Below are positions 45,225 through 57,723 of a stretch of DNA of 64,000 bases, one piece after another. The position numbers and the translations under genes were made by a program. Below the pieces are notes generated by a model. It had not been told where the DNA came from and did no database searches. It saw only the letters and a list, made by a program, of their open reading frames with translations. The DNA is taken from assembly GCA_025980435.1 (NCBI GenBank), contig JAICXK010000001.1, positions 4,686-68,685 on the forward strand, in the 5' to 3' direction. The stretch comes from Bryobacteraceae bacterium (GTDB lineage: Bacteria > Acidobacteriota > Terriglobia > Bryobacterales > Bryobacteraceae). How positions within the stretch are numbered: position 1 is the stretch's first letter; each line of letters starts with the position of its first letter.

Positions 45225-47045
45225 GTGCCATTTTATCCAGAAGCTGCTATCGTTTTGGACGTGAAGCGCCTGGTTGCAATGCTTGGCTTTGCGCTCCTGC
45301 CAACCATTTGGGCGCGCGCCGATTCGCCGCAAGCATCGGGCTGGTTTGTCACTCGAAGCCCGCATTTCGAGCTTTACTCGCAGGCGGACGCTGGAAATTC
45401 GCGGAAAACACTCGCGACATTCGAACAATTGCGCGCATTTTTCAACGGAAACAAGGTGTTGCCGGCGACTGCCCGGCTCGCCACAGCCTCCGGCTTGCGA
45501 ATCATTATTTTTCCTTCGGCAAAAGAATATAGCGCGTTCCGGCTTCGGCCTAATGCGGACGCCTATTACGCCAGCTCAGAAGATCGCGAATATATCGTCA
45601 TGGCGGAGCCGCAATCGCAAGACTTGGCCATTGATGCACACGAGTACACGCATTCGGTTCTGCATGCCGCGGGACTTAAGCTGCCGGCGTGGCTGGATGA
45701 AGGCCTCTCGGAATTCTTCTCGACCGTTCGCATCACGAGAGTCGGCTGCAGAGTGGGCGGCAGCTTACCAAATCGGATAGACGCACTCACCCATCACAAA
45801 TGGCTGCCAATGGCGCAGTTGCTCACGCTTCAGGAAGCGATGCCCCCGTTTCAGACGCGCGATGGCATGGAGATTTTTTATGCCGAGAGCTGGGCTCTTA
45901 CCGATCTGCTGATTGGATCGCCCGAATACGCGCCTGATTTTGGCGAGCTACTCACAAAATTGAATGCGGGAGTTCCAAGCGCGCGGGCATTCGCTGCGAT
46001 CTATGGTAAGTCGATCGACGTAGTGACGAATGATTTGCAGGTTTGGGTGCGGGATCGAAGATTCACAACACGCGAATTCCCCGCCTTGCCTTCAACCGGC
46101 TCTGCGGTAGAAGTCTCTAAATTATCAGACCTCCAGTTCAAGGGAGTCCTGGCCGAACTGCTGTTGACCGATGGCGAACTGGATCGCGCGAAATCGCTCT
46201 ACACGGAACTCGCACGAGAGGACCCGGGGAATCCGAGCGCCCTTGCGGCTGTGGGGACCATCGACCTTCACCAGGGCAATCGGGCCGAGGCCATCCAGCA
46301 GTGGCGTCGGGCCATCGACAATGGATTGAGTAACGCAGGCCTGTGCTACCGGTACGCCGTGCTGATTGAAGAAGCGGGACTGCCAGCAGACGAAATGCGC
46401 CGGGCACTGAAACGAGCCGTAACGCTCGACCCCAGCTTCGACGATGCGCGCTATAAGCTCGCGCTCCTCGACAGCAACAGCGGAGATTTCGCGGCGGCGA
46501 TAGAACAACTGCGCGCGATGCGCACTGTCTCTCACGACAGAGCTTACGGCTACTGGAGCGCCTTGAGTTACGCCTACATGGAATTGAATGAGCGGGACGA
46601 GGCCAAACAGGCGGGGGAGAAAGCCGAGACGTTCGCTCAAACCGCCTCCGATCGCTCGCGAGCGGCTCAGCTAGTGTATGTGGCGGAAACCGATGTCGTC
46701 GAGCAGTTCGTTAAAGATGCTGACGGCCGTTCCCGGCTGGCCGAAACACGTGTTCCGCACGGCACGACAGAATGGAACCCGTTTATAGAGCCAACAGATC
46801 AGATGCAGAAGGCCGCGGGACAACTTCGGGAAGTACTCTGCGCGGGCGGCAAGCTGACGGGCTTTCTGGTCGGCACGGCTGACGGGCGCCGTCTCACACT
46901 GGTGGTTCCCGATCCACAGCATGTCCTTATGAGAAACGGTCCAGCGGAGTTTTCATGTGGACCCCAGCAGCCAAAACCCGTTACGGTTGAGTACGCAGCC
47001 GCCAGTAAAGACGAATGTATCTTGAGGGGGATAACGTTTCCCTAG
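45225..47045 (+). CDS. peptidase-MA-like (HExxH) protein with TPR repeats and an uncharacterised C-terminal domain
   Basis: HEYTHSVLHAAGLKLPAWLDEGLSEFFS (HExxH plus downstream E) is followed by TPR units. The start is uncertain. GTG 45264 or ATG 45282 would give the signal peptide (VKRLVAMLGFALLPTIWARA) and leave room for divergent promoters. Confidence 0.65.
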   Translation: MPFYPEAAIVLDVKRLVAMLGFALLPTIWARADSPQASGWFVTRSPHFELYSQADAGNSRKTLATFEQLRAFFNGNKVLPATARLATASGLRIIIFPSAKEYSAFRLRPNADAYYASSEDREYIVMAEPQSQDLAIDAHEYTHSVLHAAGLKLPAWLDEGLSEFFSTVRITRVGCRVGGSLPNRIDALTHHKWLPMAQLLTLQEAMPPFQTRDGMEIFYAESWALTDLLIGSPEYAPDFGELLTKLNAGVPSARAFAAIYGKSIDVVTNDLQVWVRDRRFTTREFPALPSTGSAVEVSKLSDLQFKGVLAELLLTDGELDRAKSLYTELAREDPGNPSALAAVGTIDLHQGNRAEAIQQWRRAIDNGLSNAGLCYRYAVLIEEAGLPADEMRRALKRAVTLDPSFDDARYKLALLDSNSGDFAAAIEQLRAMRTVSHDRAYGYWSALSYAYMELNERDEAKQAGEKAETFAQTASDRSRAAQLVYVAETDVVEQFVKDADGRSRLAETRVPHGTTEWNPFIEPTDQMQKAAGQLREVLCAGGKLTGFLVGTADGRRLTLVVPDPQHVLMRNGPAEFSCGPQQPKPVTVEYAAASKDECILRGITFP

Positions 47046-47116
47046 CGTGATACGCAAACTTTTAGGCGCCTTAGCCCACTAAATCCAACGGGGAGAGCCG
47101 CCGATAAGGGAAACAA

Positions 47117-47383
47117 GTGACAGTCATGGAGCTTAAAAGCGAAAATGAATCCTTCCGCGCATCACCGGAAATGCAACTCACTAAGCTGAGCTCCGTTCTA
47201 AACGGGCTTGAGCAGGGAGCCTCCGCGATGCGCCACCACGCTGTACAAGCCAAGCGCGCGGTACAGTCCGGAACTTACACGATCGATGCTTCGGCGGTGA
47301 GCCGATCGATAATCGGTGAATGCGTTGTATCCGGTTCTCGCTCACGGGGCGCCCGGGAGACTCCGCCCAAGCTCGGCTCCTGA
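47117..47383 (+). CDS. FlgM-like anti-sigma-28 factor family small protein
   Basis: 88 aa. The C-terminal segment QAKRAVQSGTYTIDASAVSRSII matches the FlgM signature (lK.aI..G.Y.vD...iA..l). The N-terminal half looks unstructured, as in FlgM. No flagellar genes lie nearby. The 3' end overlaps the convergent gene by 42 nt. Confidence 0.5.
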   Translation: MTVMELKSENESFRASPEMQLTKLSSVLNGLEQGASAMRHHAVQAKRAVQSGTYTIDASAVSRSIIGECVVSGSRSRGARETPPKLGS

Positions 47384-48355
47384 GCCGAATGTGAACCACA
47401 CTCTTTGAATAATGTCACGCGCGTCCTCCAGCGCGATGCAGTGAAACGATCCCGCACCGGGTACGCCAAATCGCAGATCAGTCAAATCCAGCCGTTTGCC
47501 GGAACCCGAGTTTTCCGCGACGGTCTCCTCCGACCAAACCGGGAAACGGGCGAAATAGAGGAAGTAGCGAAATGGCCGGGTGGCCGACGCGCGTTCGAGG
47601 CTTGGAGTGACGGGCGGTTTATAAAAGATGTCCGCGTTCTGTGGTTCCAACTGCCCCAGCGCGTCGACATCTATGGTCCGGTAGTCTCGTTTCGTTTCCA
47701 CTATTCCCGTCCAGCGCAGCGGCGTAAACGGTTCCGGCAAAGCCGATGCCTGAATTGGGGCAGCGCCCTCAAATAGACGCGCCTCCAACTGGCCAATTGC
47801 CCGGGCGTGCAAAACCGCGCGGCCACTGTCGAACAAGACGAGCAAGCAGAGCGCAAAAATCGCACTCCCCGTCCCGGTCGGAGCCCTACTGCCGATTTCG
47901 CTGCTGACCAGGCGCGAAAAAAAGGGCCATATGGCCCCGAACACCAGAATCGCCAGTATCCAGGCATCGTACAAGCTGTTCAGGTCCAAATGAAACCACT
48001 TGGGCGAAAACGGCAGCAGCAGCCGGATGCCATAGCTGTTGGTCCAATCGAGAAGCAGATGGCTTGCCACACCGGCGCAGCACAGCAGCCACGCTTTGAG
48101 CCAGGGAAGTTTCTGACGGTAGATACCGGCGACCACGAGAACGGCCAGGGCCGCCATAAAGGGAAGCCCAAGAAGCGAATGAGAATACCCCCGGTGCACT
48201 TCCAAGTAACGCAGTGAGCCTCCGGAAAGGCCGACGATGTCAATGTCCGGCCCGTTGGCCGAAAGTACCAGCAGCAATAGCGCCCGGGGACAAAACCGAT
48301 TCAATCCTGCGCGCGATAACGCGAACCCGGTCAGCGAATGTGTAATGTTATCCAT
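47342..48355 (-). CDS. membrane-bound metal-dependent hydrolase, YdjM/DUF457 family, with C-terminal extension
   Basis: MDNITHSLTGFALS...GPDIDIV...HRGYSHSLLG...HLLLDWTNSYGIRLLLPFS matches YdjM-type motifs. About 140 extra C-terminal residues are soluble-looking. Confidence 0.75.
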   Translation of the reverse strand: MDNITHSLTGFALSRAGLNRFCPRALLLLVLSANGPDIDIVGLSGGSLRYLEVHRGYSHSLLGLPFMAALAVLVVAGIYRQKLPWLKAWLLCCAGVASHLLLDWTNSYGIRLLLPFSPKWFHLDLNSLYDAWILAILVFGAIWPFFSRLVSSEIGSRAPTGTGSAIFALCLLVLFDSGRAVLHARAIGQLEARLFEGAAPIQASALPEPFTPLRWTGIVETKRDYRTIDVDALGQLEPQNADIFYKPPVTPSLERASATRPFRYFLYFARFPVWSEETVAENSGSGKRLDLTDLRFGVPGAGSFHCIALEDARDIIQRVWFTFGSGAELGRSLPGAP

Positions 48356-48363
48356 TCCGGCAG

Positions 48364-51370
<3,007 letters not shown>

Positions 51371-51486
51371 AGCACTTTTTCCACGATATCCATACAATCT
51401 GGCAGAGTTTTGCCGGGATCTTACTTTCCTGGGGTCCGCTGGGCGTACTGTTTCTCTCCGTACTCGATTCCGCCGGAGTCCCGATC

Positions 51487-51993
51487 GTGGGCGGAGTGGA
51501 CGCCCTGTTGATCACGGTCGCCGCCCAGGATCCCAGGCAGGCGTACTTAGCTGCCGGGCTGGCTGTGGTGGGTTCAGTCGGCGGCAGCCTGATCTTGTTC
51601 GCGATTGCTCGAAAGGGCGGCGAAGTATTGCTTGCCAAGCACATCAAAAAGGGAACGGGTGCGCGTTTGCACATCATATTCCAGCGCTATGGCTTGATAA
51701 CGGTTTTTGTCCCGGCTATCTCGCCGGTGCCGCTGCCTCTGAAAGTTCCGGTCTTCTGCGCCGGAGCGTTAAACGTTCGGGTGGCTTATTTCGTCGCGGT
51801 AATTGCCGCGGCAAGAGCCATCCGCTATTTCACAATTGCCTATCTGGGCCATCGCTACGGGTCGAAAACGTTCCAATTTTTGTTTTCACACTGGATTCTG
51901 GTCGCGGGCATCGCGGGCGGCTTGGCGATTGCGGCTAGTGTGGGTCTGCGCCTCTATCAGCGGCATGAAACCGCCCTGGGCGTCCCCGAGTGA
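51487..51993 (+). CDS. YqaA/DedA-related (SNARE-associated) membrane protein; true start probably upstream
   Basis: The conserved family N-terminal helix (GPLGVLFLSVLDSAGVPIVGG) is encoded in frame upstream of the first canonical start (GTG 51487). The same frame is open back to a TAA at 51343..51345, with only CTG (51367, 51439, 51448) or ATC codons available. Confidence 0.7.
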   Translation: MGGVDALLITVAAQDPRQAYLAAGLAVVGSVGGSLILFAIARKGGEVLLAKHIKKGTGARLHIIFQRYGLITVFVPAISPVPLPLKVPVFCAGALNVRVAYFVAVIAAARAIRYFTIAYLGHRYGSKTFQFLFSHWILVAGIAGGLAIAASVGLRLYQRHETALGVPE

Positions 51994-52014
51994 GGGTAAG
52001 ATTGCAGTCGGAGT

Positions 52015-53295
52015 ATGCGGAAGCTGTGGATTGCGCCCCTGTTTGTCGCCATATGCGCAGCTTCGGAGCCGCCGGGTTTGATTCTCGAGCGCATCCAGAA
52101 GAATGTAGCCGAGCAACTCTCGAAATCGGTCAACTACACCTGCACCGAGACTCTGAATCGGAGCTACTACAGGAACAATGGATTCGCGATGGCGATGCAC
52201 GGCCCTGAAGCCGTCGCGGTTCCGAAAAATCTGCTGCTTCACGACCGGCTACGCCTGGATGTAGCGGTTTCGGAGGGCAAAGAAATCTATGCGTGGCACG
52301 GCGCCGGCAGATTCTCCGCGTCTCAGGTGACCGAGTTCGTTCGCAATGGCCCCATTTCGTCGGGACAATTTGTCGGTTATCTCAAGAACATTTTCCTGGT
52401 CCCCGGCGTGAAGTTCACGTATCGCGGCAAAACGTCCGAGACGGGAACTGACGTTTATCGGTTCGATTTTGCAGTGCCTCTACGGCTTTCGGGAAGCCAC
52501 GTTCGTGTGAAAAACAGCAATCCCGTGATCCCGTACCATGGCTGGTTTACTGCCCGGGTATCGGATCTTCAATTGGCCAGTCTGGAAGTGAGTGACGACC
52601 AGCTCCCGCCAGATTCGGATCTGCAATCGGTTCAAACTCAACTGAAATACCAACTGGCACGAATTTCGGGGCGGAATGCGCTCATTCCGTCTTTGTTCAT
52701 TCTGCAGATTCAGGACAACGACCACGTGTTCAGCCGCAGTCGCGGCGATTACTCCGATTGCCGGCAGTTCGGAAGCGAATCGACTCTGCGCTTCGACACG
52801 GCTGACGCGCCCGCACCGGGCGAGATTGCTCCGTCCAAGGCGGTGCCATTGCTGCCCCCCGGCCTGTCTCTTCGCGTGGCTCTCAAGACCGAGATCAACG
52901 ATGAAACAGCCTACGCGGGAGACTCTGTCGAAGGCGTGCTGGCGCGAGCGGTGAAGATTCCCGCCACCGGCGAGACAATTCCCAAGAACGCTATTCTGCA
53001 GGGAATCATCACCCGGTTCGTAGCCTACTTTCGACCCGAAACACAATACGATGTCCGGATCGAGTTCTACCGGCTCACGTTCGGAAACCGCAGCTATCGC
53101 TTGAAAGCAATACATGAGCCAAGCGAACGCGAGTTCTACCCGATCTACGGCAGCATCGTACCCGAGCGTGTTGTAAAGAACCTTCGAGCCGGCTCCATGC
53201 TGATTGAATCGAAGCACGTGCGACTGCGAAAGAACTTCACGGCCAACTGGAAGACGGTCAGACTGGAAAACCCCGCCACACATCCGGCCAACTAA
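52015..53295 (+). CDS. hypothetical secreted protein
   Basis: 426 aa with signal peptide MRKLWIAPLFVAICAAS. No recognisable motif. The composition looks coding, and the opposite-strand ORF 52480..53283 is Arg-rich and looks like an artefact. Confidence 0.6.
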   Translation: MRKLWIAPLFVAICAASEPPGLILERIQKNVAEQLSKSVNYTCTETLNRSYYRNNGFAMAMHGPEAVAVPKNLLLHDRLRLDVAVSEGKEIYAWHGAGRFSASQVTEFVRNGPISSGQFVGYLKNIFLVPGVKFTYRGKTSETGTDVYRFDFAVPLRLSGSHVRVKNSNPVIPYHGWFTARVSDLQLASLEVSDDQLPPDSDLQSVQTQLKYQLARISGRNALIPSLFILQIQDNDHVFSRSRGDYSDCRQFGSESTLRFDTADAPAPGEIAPSKAVPLLPPGLSLRVALKTEINDETAYAGDSVEGVLARAVKIPATGETIPKNAILQGIITRFVAYFRPETQYDVRIEFYRLTFGNRSYRLKAIHEPSEREFYPIYGSIVPERVVKNLRAGSMLIESKHVRLRKNFTANWKTVRLENPATHPAN

Positions 53296-53319
53296 ATTCC
53301 TCCAGAGACTCTGGATAGT

Positions 53320-54186
53320 ATGGAGGACATGTCACGCATATCCCGCCGCTCATTCGTCGCTCGTACCGCCGCTTTACTTCCTGCGAGTCAGATGCTGTTT
53401 GCCAGAGAGCCGCTGAGCCACAGCGACCTCGGGGTTCAGCTTTACACGGTCCGGAAAGTTATCGGCAAGGATCCGCTGGCCACACTCCAGGCTATTCAAA
53501 AAATCGGCTACACCGAGGTAGAGGCGACGGCCGGAAACCTGGATGAGATCTGGCCGGCACTCCAGAAGACGAATCTCAAAGCGGTCAGCATTCACCTGGA
53601 GCACTCAGAACCCGGGGAGGCCCTGGATAGCGCGCTTGCCGGCTATAAGCAGAAGGGGTTCCAGTACGCCGTTGTTCCGTATCTGGAGACCACGCATGGA
53701 GGACCTGATGGCGTCAAGCGCATTGCAGAAATGCTGAGCAAAGTTGGGGAGTCCGCAAAGAAGAACGGATTGGCGTTGTGCTATCACAACCACGCGCACG
53801 ACTTTACGCCGATGGGTGGAAGCACCCCGATCGATATGATCATGCAGGACACGCAACCCGATTTGGTGCAGTTGGAACTCGACATCTTCTGGGCGAGCGT
53901 CGCCGGGCTGAACCCCGTGGATGTTTTGAAGAAGTACAGCGGACGCGTACCGCTGGTTCACCTCAAAGACAAGGCAAAGGGCGTTCCCGTTCAGTACAAC
54001 GAGAAAGTCCCTCCCACGGCGTTCAGAGCAGTTGGCAGCGGCTCGATCGATATTCCCGCTGTGTTGTCCGCGGCCGCGGCAGCCGGCGTCCACCACTACT
54101 TCGTCGAACAGGATGAGACGCCGGGCGATCCGATCGCCAGTTTGCGCAAGAGCTACACGTATCTGGAGAAACAGTTCAAGTCGTAG
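53320..54186 (+). CDS. Tat-signal sugar phosphate isomerase/epimerase (xylose-isomerase-like TIM barrel)
   Basis: Twin-arginine leader SRISRRSFVARTAALLPAS. TIM-barrel blocks YTEVE, CYHNHAHDF, LELDIFW, LVHLKD, YFVEQD. Alternative start at ATG 53329. Confidence 0.85.
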   Translation: MEDMSRISRRSFVARTAALLPASQMLFAREPLSHSDLGVQLYTVRKVIGKDPLATLQAIQKIGYTEVEATAGNLDEIWPALQKTNLKAVSIHLEHSEPGEALDSALAGYKQKGFQYAVVPYLETTHGGPDGVKRIAEMLSKVGESAKKNGLALCYHNHAHDFTPMGGSTPIDMIMQDTQPDLVQLELDIFWASVAGLNPVDVLKKYSGRVPLVHLKDKAKGVPVQYNEKVPPTAFRAVGSGSIDIPAVLSAAAAAGVHHYFVEQDETPGDPIASLRKSYTYLEKQFKS

Positions 54187-54216
54187 ACCCGCTCAGCACC
54201 GAGCCTGCTGTGTGGG

Positions 54217-54269
54217 GCGGATCGCCTGATCCGCGCGGGACGGCCCCGTCCCGCTTCTTCGGTTTTTTT
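54217..54269 (+). terminator. tandem GC-rich hairpins followed by a T7 run (intrinsic terminator in the convergent gap with efp)
   Basis: GCGGATC-GCCT-GATCCGC (54217..54234). Then GCGGGACGG-CC-CCGTCCCGC (54235..54254). Then TTCTTCGGTTTTTTT (T-run 54263..54269). Confidence 0.6.
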
Positions 54270-54275
54270 CAATTT

Positions 54276-54833
54276 CTATGCGCGTTCCTGATAGCTTCCG
54301 TCCGCCGTACTGACGCGGATTTTTTCGCCTTGACTAATGAACGGTGGAACCTGCACGACCAGGCCGGTATCCATTTTGGCGGGCTTGGTCACGTTTGAAA
54401 CGGTCGCGCCCTTTAACCCCGGTTCGGTCTCCACCACGGTCATTTCCACACTGGGCGGAAGCTCAACACTGATCGGCTTCCCTTCGTAGAACTCGACATT
54501 CACGTGAAGCTGTGGTGTGAGATAGGACACGCCGTCTCCGAGCATGTCCTTGGTTAAGTGCATCTGCTCGAAGCTCTCGGTGTTCATGAAGTAGTAGTAT
54601 TCGCCGTCGTCGTACAGATACTCCATCTCCTGTTCGTCCAAGGCAACGCGCTCCACCTTGTCTTCTGATGAGAACCGGTGCTCAATCATAGAGCCAGAGC
54701 GCAGATTACGCATTTTGGCCTGCACGAAGCCCCGCAGGTTTCCCGGGGTGCGATGGACCATACTAAAAACCGAGTGAAGCTCGTTATTGAATTTCACCAC
54801 CATACCCGGGCGCAGTTGTGTCGCAGCAATCAT
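54276..54833 (-). CDS. efp: translation elongation factor P
   Basis: 185 aa. [47 protein letters not shown]...[33 protein letters not shown]. Confidence 0.96.
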   Translation of the reverse strand: MIAATQLRPGMVVKFNNELHSVFSMVHRTPGNLRGFVQAKMRNLRSGSMIEHRFSSEDKVERVALDEQEMEYLYDDGEYYYFMNTESFEQMHLTKDMLGDGVSYLTPQLHVNVEFYEGKPISVELPPSVEMTVVETEPGLKGATVSNVTKPAKMDTGLVVQVPPFISQGEKIRVSTADGSYQERA

Positions 54834-54855
54834 GAAAAGTTCAGTTTAACAATCG

Positions 54856-56073
54856 TCAGCGCTTATCCTCGCGCGGCAGGCAGACTTTTCCCTTGACATT
54901 ACCGCCCAGCCGAAGCATGCCCGATGGATCAGCCTGAGCGGTGTGCTCGCGCTTTTCTGCCGTGAATGTGACCGCCTGGCCGGGCGGCAGTTTCCAGAGA
55001 ATGGCGAGATCGTTTCCCTTACGTTCCGGCAATTCGGCGCACTTGGCGGTCATCGGAACCAGCGATAGGTGCCCGAACTTCGCTATTGTGTTCTGCCAGT
55101 TTGAGGGGCAATGCTCGTCCTCAACGCCAGTGTTCGAGATTCCGATCCAGCAAGCTTCCGGACTCCAGTCGGTTCTGGCGAATAAACGGCCCGCGTCCGG
55201 GTCATAGACCCAGGGGTCCAGATTCTGATACCCCACTCCCGGCAGATAAGGATCGGCCCACAGGAATTCATAAGCCACACCCGGGCCTTCGCGGATCATC
55301 TGCCGGTCTTCCATAGCCCAACCTTGCAGGAACTGCGAACCTTGCAGATTTGGGTCCACGGCTATCAGCGCCAAAGCAGCTATGTGGGTCATCCAATCCG
55401 GATGCTCGGCCTTGTCCGGCTTCAAACTGAGCAGAAACTCGGTAGGCAGGTCCGAGAAAAAGCGCACGGCGCTCTCGCGCAAATCCACGCGCTCGGCCGT
55501 GCGATATGCCATCAGGAATTCGCAGGCGGCGTAGAGTTGCGTTGGGTCTGAAAACGCGCCACGCTGGAGGTCATTTATAAATGTCTTTGTCTGCGCCTCG
55601 GTATTGGCGGGAGGTGTCTGGCCGGTCGCGATGGATACGAAATAAGAATCGCGATCGATCGCCAACATGGGCGCATTCAGGAAGACCGCAACGGTGGGAA
55701 TGTGCGCGGTAAGCTGCTTCCGCTGGTCGTCGGAAAGCAGCGGGCCGCACCAGTTGAGCACTAAAGCGACCTGCCTGCGGTCGCCGTGCTGAAGAGCCCA
55801 CTCGATCGCTTCCCTGCCCCGCGCCCGATCGCCCGTGACGGCGTAGTACAGCGCCAGTTCGAAGCCGCGCTCGGGCGAATCGGGAACCGTCCGCACGCGA
55901 TTTTCGAAATTCGTCCAACGCACGGTTTGGCGTGTACGGTCGCGCTTCAATCGCCTCAGGCGCTGCGGGGTGAGGAGCAGATGCGGCGTATCTTCAGCCG
56001 TTTGCGCATGGCTGGCTGAGCTCAAGGTTAAGAGAGCCGTTAGCAGTGCAACCGTGAGTCTACGCAATTCCAC
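54856..56073 (-). CDS. hypothetical secreted protein
   Basis: 405 aa with signal peptide MELRRLTVALLTALLTLSSASHA. Helical-repeat-looking N-half, no motif recognised. Confidence 0.6.
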   Translation of the reverse strand: MELRRLTVALLTALLTLSSASHAQTAEDTPHLLLTPQRLRRLKRDRTRQTVRWTNFENRVRTVPDSPERGFELALYYAVTGDRARGREAIEWALQHGDRRQVALVLNWCGPLLSDDQRKQLTAHIPTVAVFLNAPMLAIDRDSYFVSIATGQTPPANTEAQTKTFINDLQRGAFSDPTQLYAACEFLMAYRTAERVDLRESAVRFFSDLPTEFLLSLKPDKAEHPDWMTHIAALALIAVDPNLQGSQFLQGWAMEDRQMIREGPGVAYEFLWADPYLPGVGYQNLDPWVYDPDAGRLFARTDWSPEACWIGISNTGVEDEHCPSNWQNTIAKFGHLSLVPMTAKCAELPERKGNDLAILWKLPPGQAVTFTAEKREHTAQADPSGMLRLGGNVKGKVCLPREDKR

Positions 56074-56157
56074 ATTGTTCCATAGGCAATTTCGGGTGTT
56101 TTGTTACCCTGAGAGTTCCACCGGCTGCGAATTTGCTTGGCACCGGCTTAAGGAGTC

Positions 56158-56817
56158 ATGCCGGCTCGGATAAGTGAGACGTACGTTCTTCGAACTTACC
56201 CGTTCCGGGAATCAGATCTTATCGTGAGCTTTTTCACGCGCGATCAGGGCAAGCTGCGCGGCGTGGCGAGGCGGGCGCGGAAACCGAAGAGCAATTTCGG
56301 GTCGGGACTGGAACGGCTATCGCTCGTGAATTTATCGTATTCGCAAAAGGAAAACCGGGAACTCGCCAATCTCAACTCCTGCGATTTGCTGCAGTCGCAA
56401 TTCGATCTGCTCAGTGATTTTGAGGCGACCGTCGCTCTCGATTACATCGCAGAAGTCAGCGACCATTTGCTTCCGCCGCACGAATCGAACGAGCGTTTCT
56501 TTCGGCTTCTGACAGCCGTACTGGACTACATGCACGAGCGCGCACCCGGCGCCATCTGGGCCGCAATCACCTATTTCTCTCTGTGGGCGACCCGGCTGTC
56601 GGGCTTCCTTCCTGACCTCGCAAATCATCCGGATCGGCAGCTCTCGACCGATTCCCGCACTCTCGCGGCCGCCATGTTGAAAACCCATATCTCCGGCCTG
56701 CCTGCGCGAGCATGGAATAAGAACACTGCGCTCGATCTACGGCGGATTTTGATACGGCAGATGGAAGAACACGTGGAGCGCCGCTTTCACACGCCTCCCT
56801 TGCTCGAAGCTCTTTAA
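56158..56817 (+). CDS. recO: DNA repair protein RecO
   Basis: 219 aa. N-terminal OB-fold pattern TYVLRTYPFRESDLIVSFFTRDQGKLRGVARRARKPKS. Length and position (upstream of glyQS) are typical. Confidence 0.88.
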   Translation: MPARISETYVLRTYPFRESDLIVSFFTRDQGKLRGVARRARKPKSNFGSGLERLSLVNLSYSQKENRELANLNSCDLLQSQFDLLSDFEATVALDYIAEVSDHLLPPHESNERFFRLLTAVLDYMHERAPGAIWAAITYFSLWATRLSGFLPDLANHPDRQLSTDSRTLAAAMLKTHISGLPARAWNKNTALDLRRILIRQMEEHVERRFHTPPLLEAL

Positions 56818-56829
56818 ATACGCTCTCCC

Positions 56830-57723
56830 ATGGATACTTTCCAAGACACGATTTTCAAGCTGAAGCGATACTGGGCCGACCGCGGCTGCATAATCCAGGA
56901 GCCGTACGATCTCGAAGTCGGCGCAGGCACCATGGCCCCGGAGACGTTCCTGCGCGTGCTAGGCGCCAAGCCGTACAAAGTTGCGTATGTGCAACCGAGC
57001 CGCCGCCCCGCGGACGGCCGCTATGGCGAGAACCCGAACCGCCTTTACAAGCACCAACAGTTGCAAGTGATTCTGAAGCCGACGCCTGAAGACGTGATCG
57101 AACAATATCTGGGCAGTCTGGAAGCGATTGGCATCGATCTTCGCAAGCACGACATCAAGTTTGAGGAAGACAACTGGGAATCACCCACTCTCGGCGCGTG
57201 GGGCATCGGCTGGCAGGTCATGCTGGATGGTCTGGAGATTACGCAGTTCACGTATTTTCAGCAGTGCGGCGGGATGGATCTCGACTTGGTTCCGGCAGAA
57301 ATTACCTATGGCCTCGAGCGCATTGTGGCCTTTCTGCAGAATGTGGAGAGCGTCTATGACATCGAATGGGCGCCCGGATTCAAATATTCGGAGGTGCGGC
57401 TCGCGGACGAGCAGCAGTTTTCCGTTTACAACTTCGAGATGGCGGATGTGCCGATGCTGTGGCAGGAATTTGAGCTGCATGAACGAGAAGTCCAGCGGCT
57501 TCTGGAGCTGTTTCGCGTGACCAAAGAGAAGCAGCGCTTCCCCGTGCTGCCGGCTTATGACCACGTGCTGAACTGCTCACACCTGTTCAACCTGCTGGAC
57601 GCGCGCGGAGCTATCAGCGTCACGGAGCGCGTCGGAATTATCGCGCGTGTCCGCAAATTGGCCGTGGGCGTTGCCGGCGCTTGGGCAGAACAGCAGAACT
57701 CGAAGGAAGAGGCCGCCGCATAA
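56830..57723 (+). CDS. glyQ: glycine--tRNA ligase alpha subunit
   Basis: 297 aa, highly conserved: [37 protein letters not shown]..., [27 protein letters not shown]. Confidence 0.96.
   Translation: MDTFQDTIFKLKRYWADRGCIIQEPYDLEVGAGTMAPETFLRVLGAKPYKVAYVQPSRRPADGRYGENPNRLYKHQQLQVILKPTPEDVIEQYLGSLEAIGIDLRKHDIKFEEDNWESPTLGAWGIGWQVMLDGLEITQFTYFQQCGGMDLDLVPAEITYGLERIVAFLQNVESVYDIEWAPGFKYSEVRLADEQQFSVYNFEMADVPMLWQEFELHEREVQRLLELFRVTKEKQRFPVLPAYDHVLNCSHLFNLLDARGAISVTERVGIIARVRKLAVGVAGAWAEQQNSKEEAAA

Noticed and set aside
45210-45428. 73-codon N-terminal extension of the TIM-barrel isomerase ORF
   Set aside because: Family proteins start at MKIGLYS-type sequences. The extension overlaps the divergent neighbour and is Arg/Cys-rich.
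52480-53283. 267-aa minus-strand ORF
   Set aside because: It overlaps the + strand 426-aa ORF, which has a proper signal peptide. The minus-strand frame is Arg/Gly-rich and lacks start context. I kept the + strand call, at only moderate confidence.
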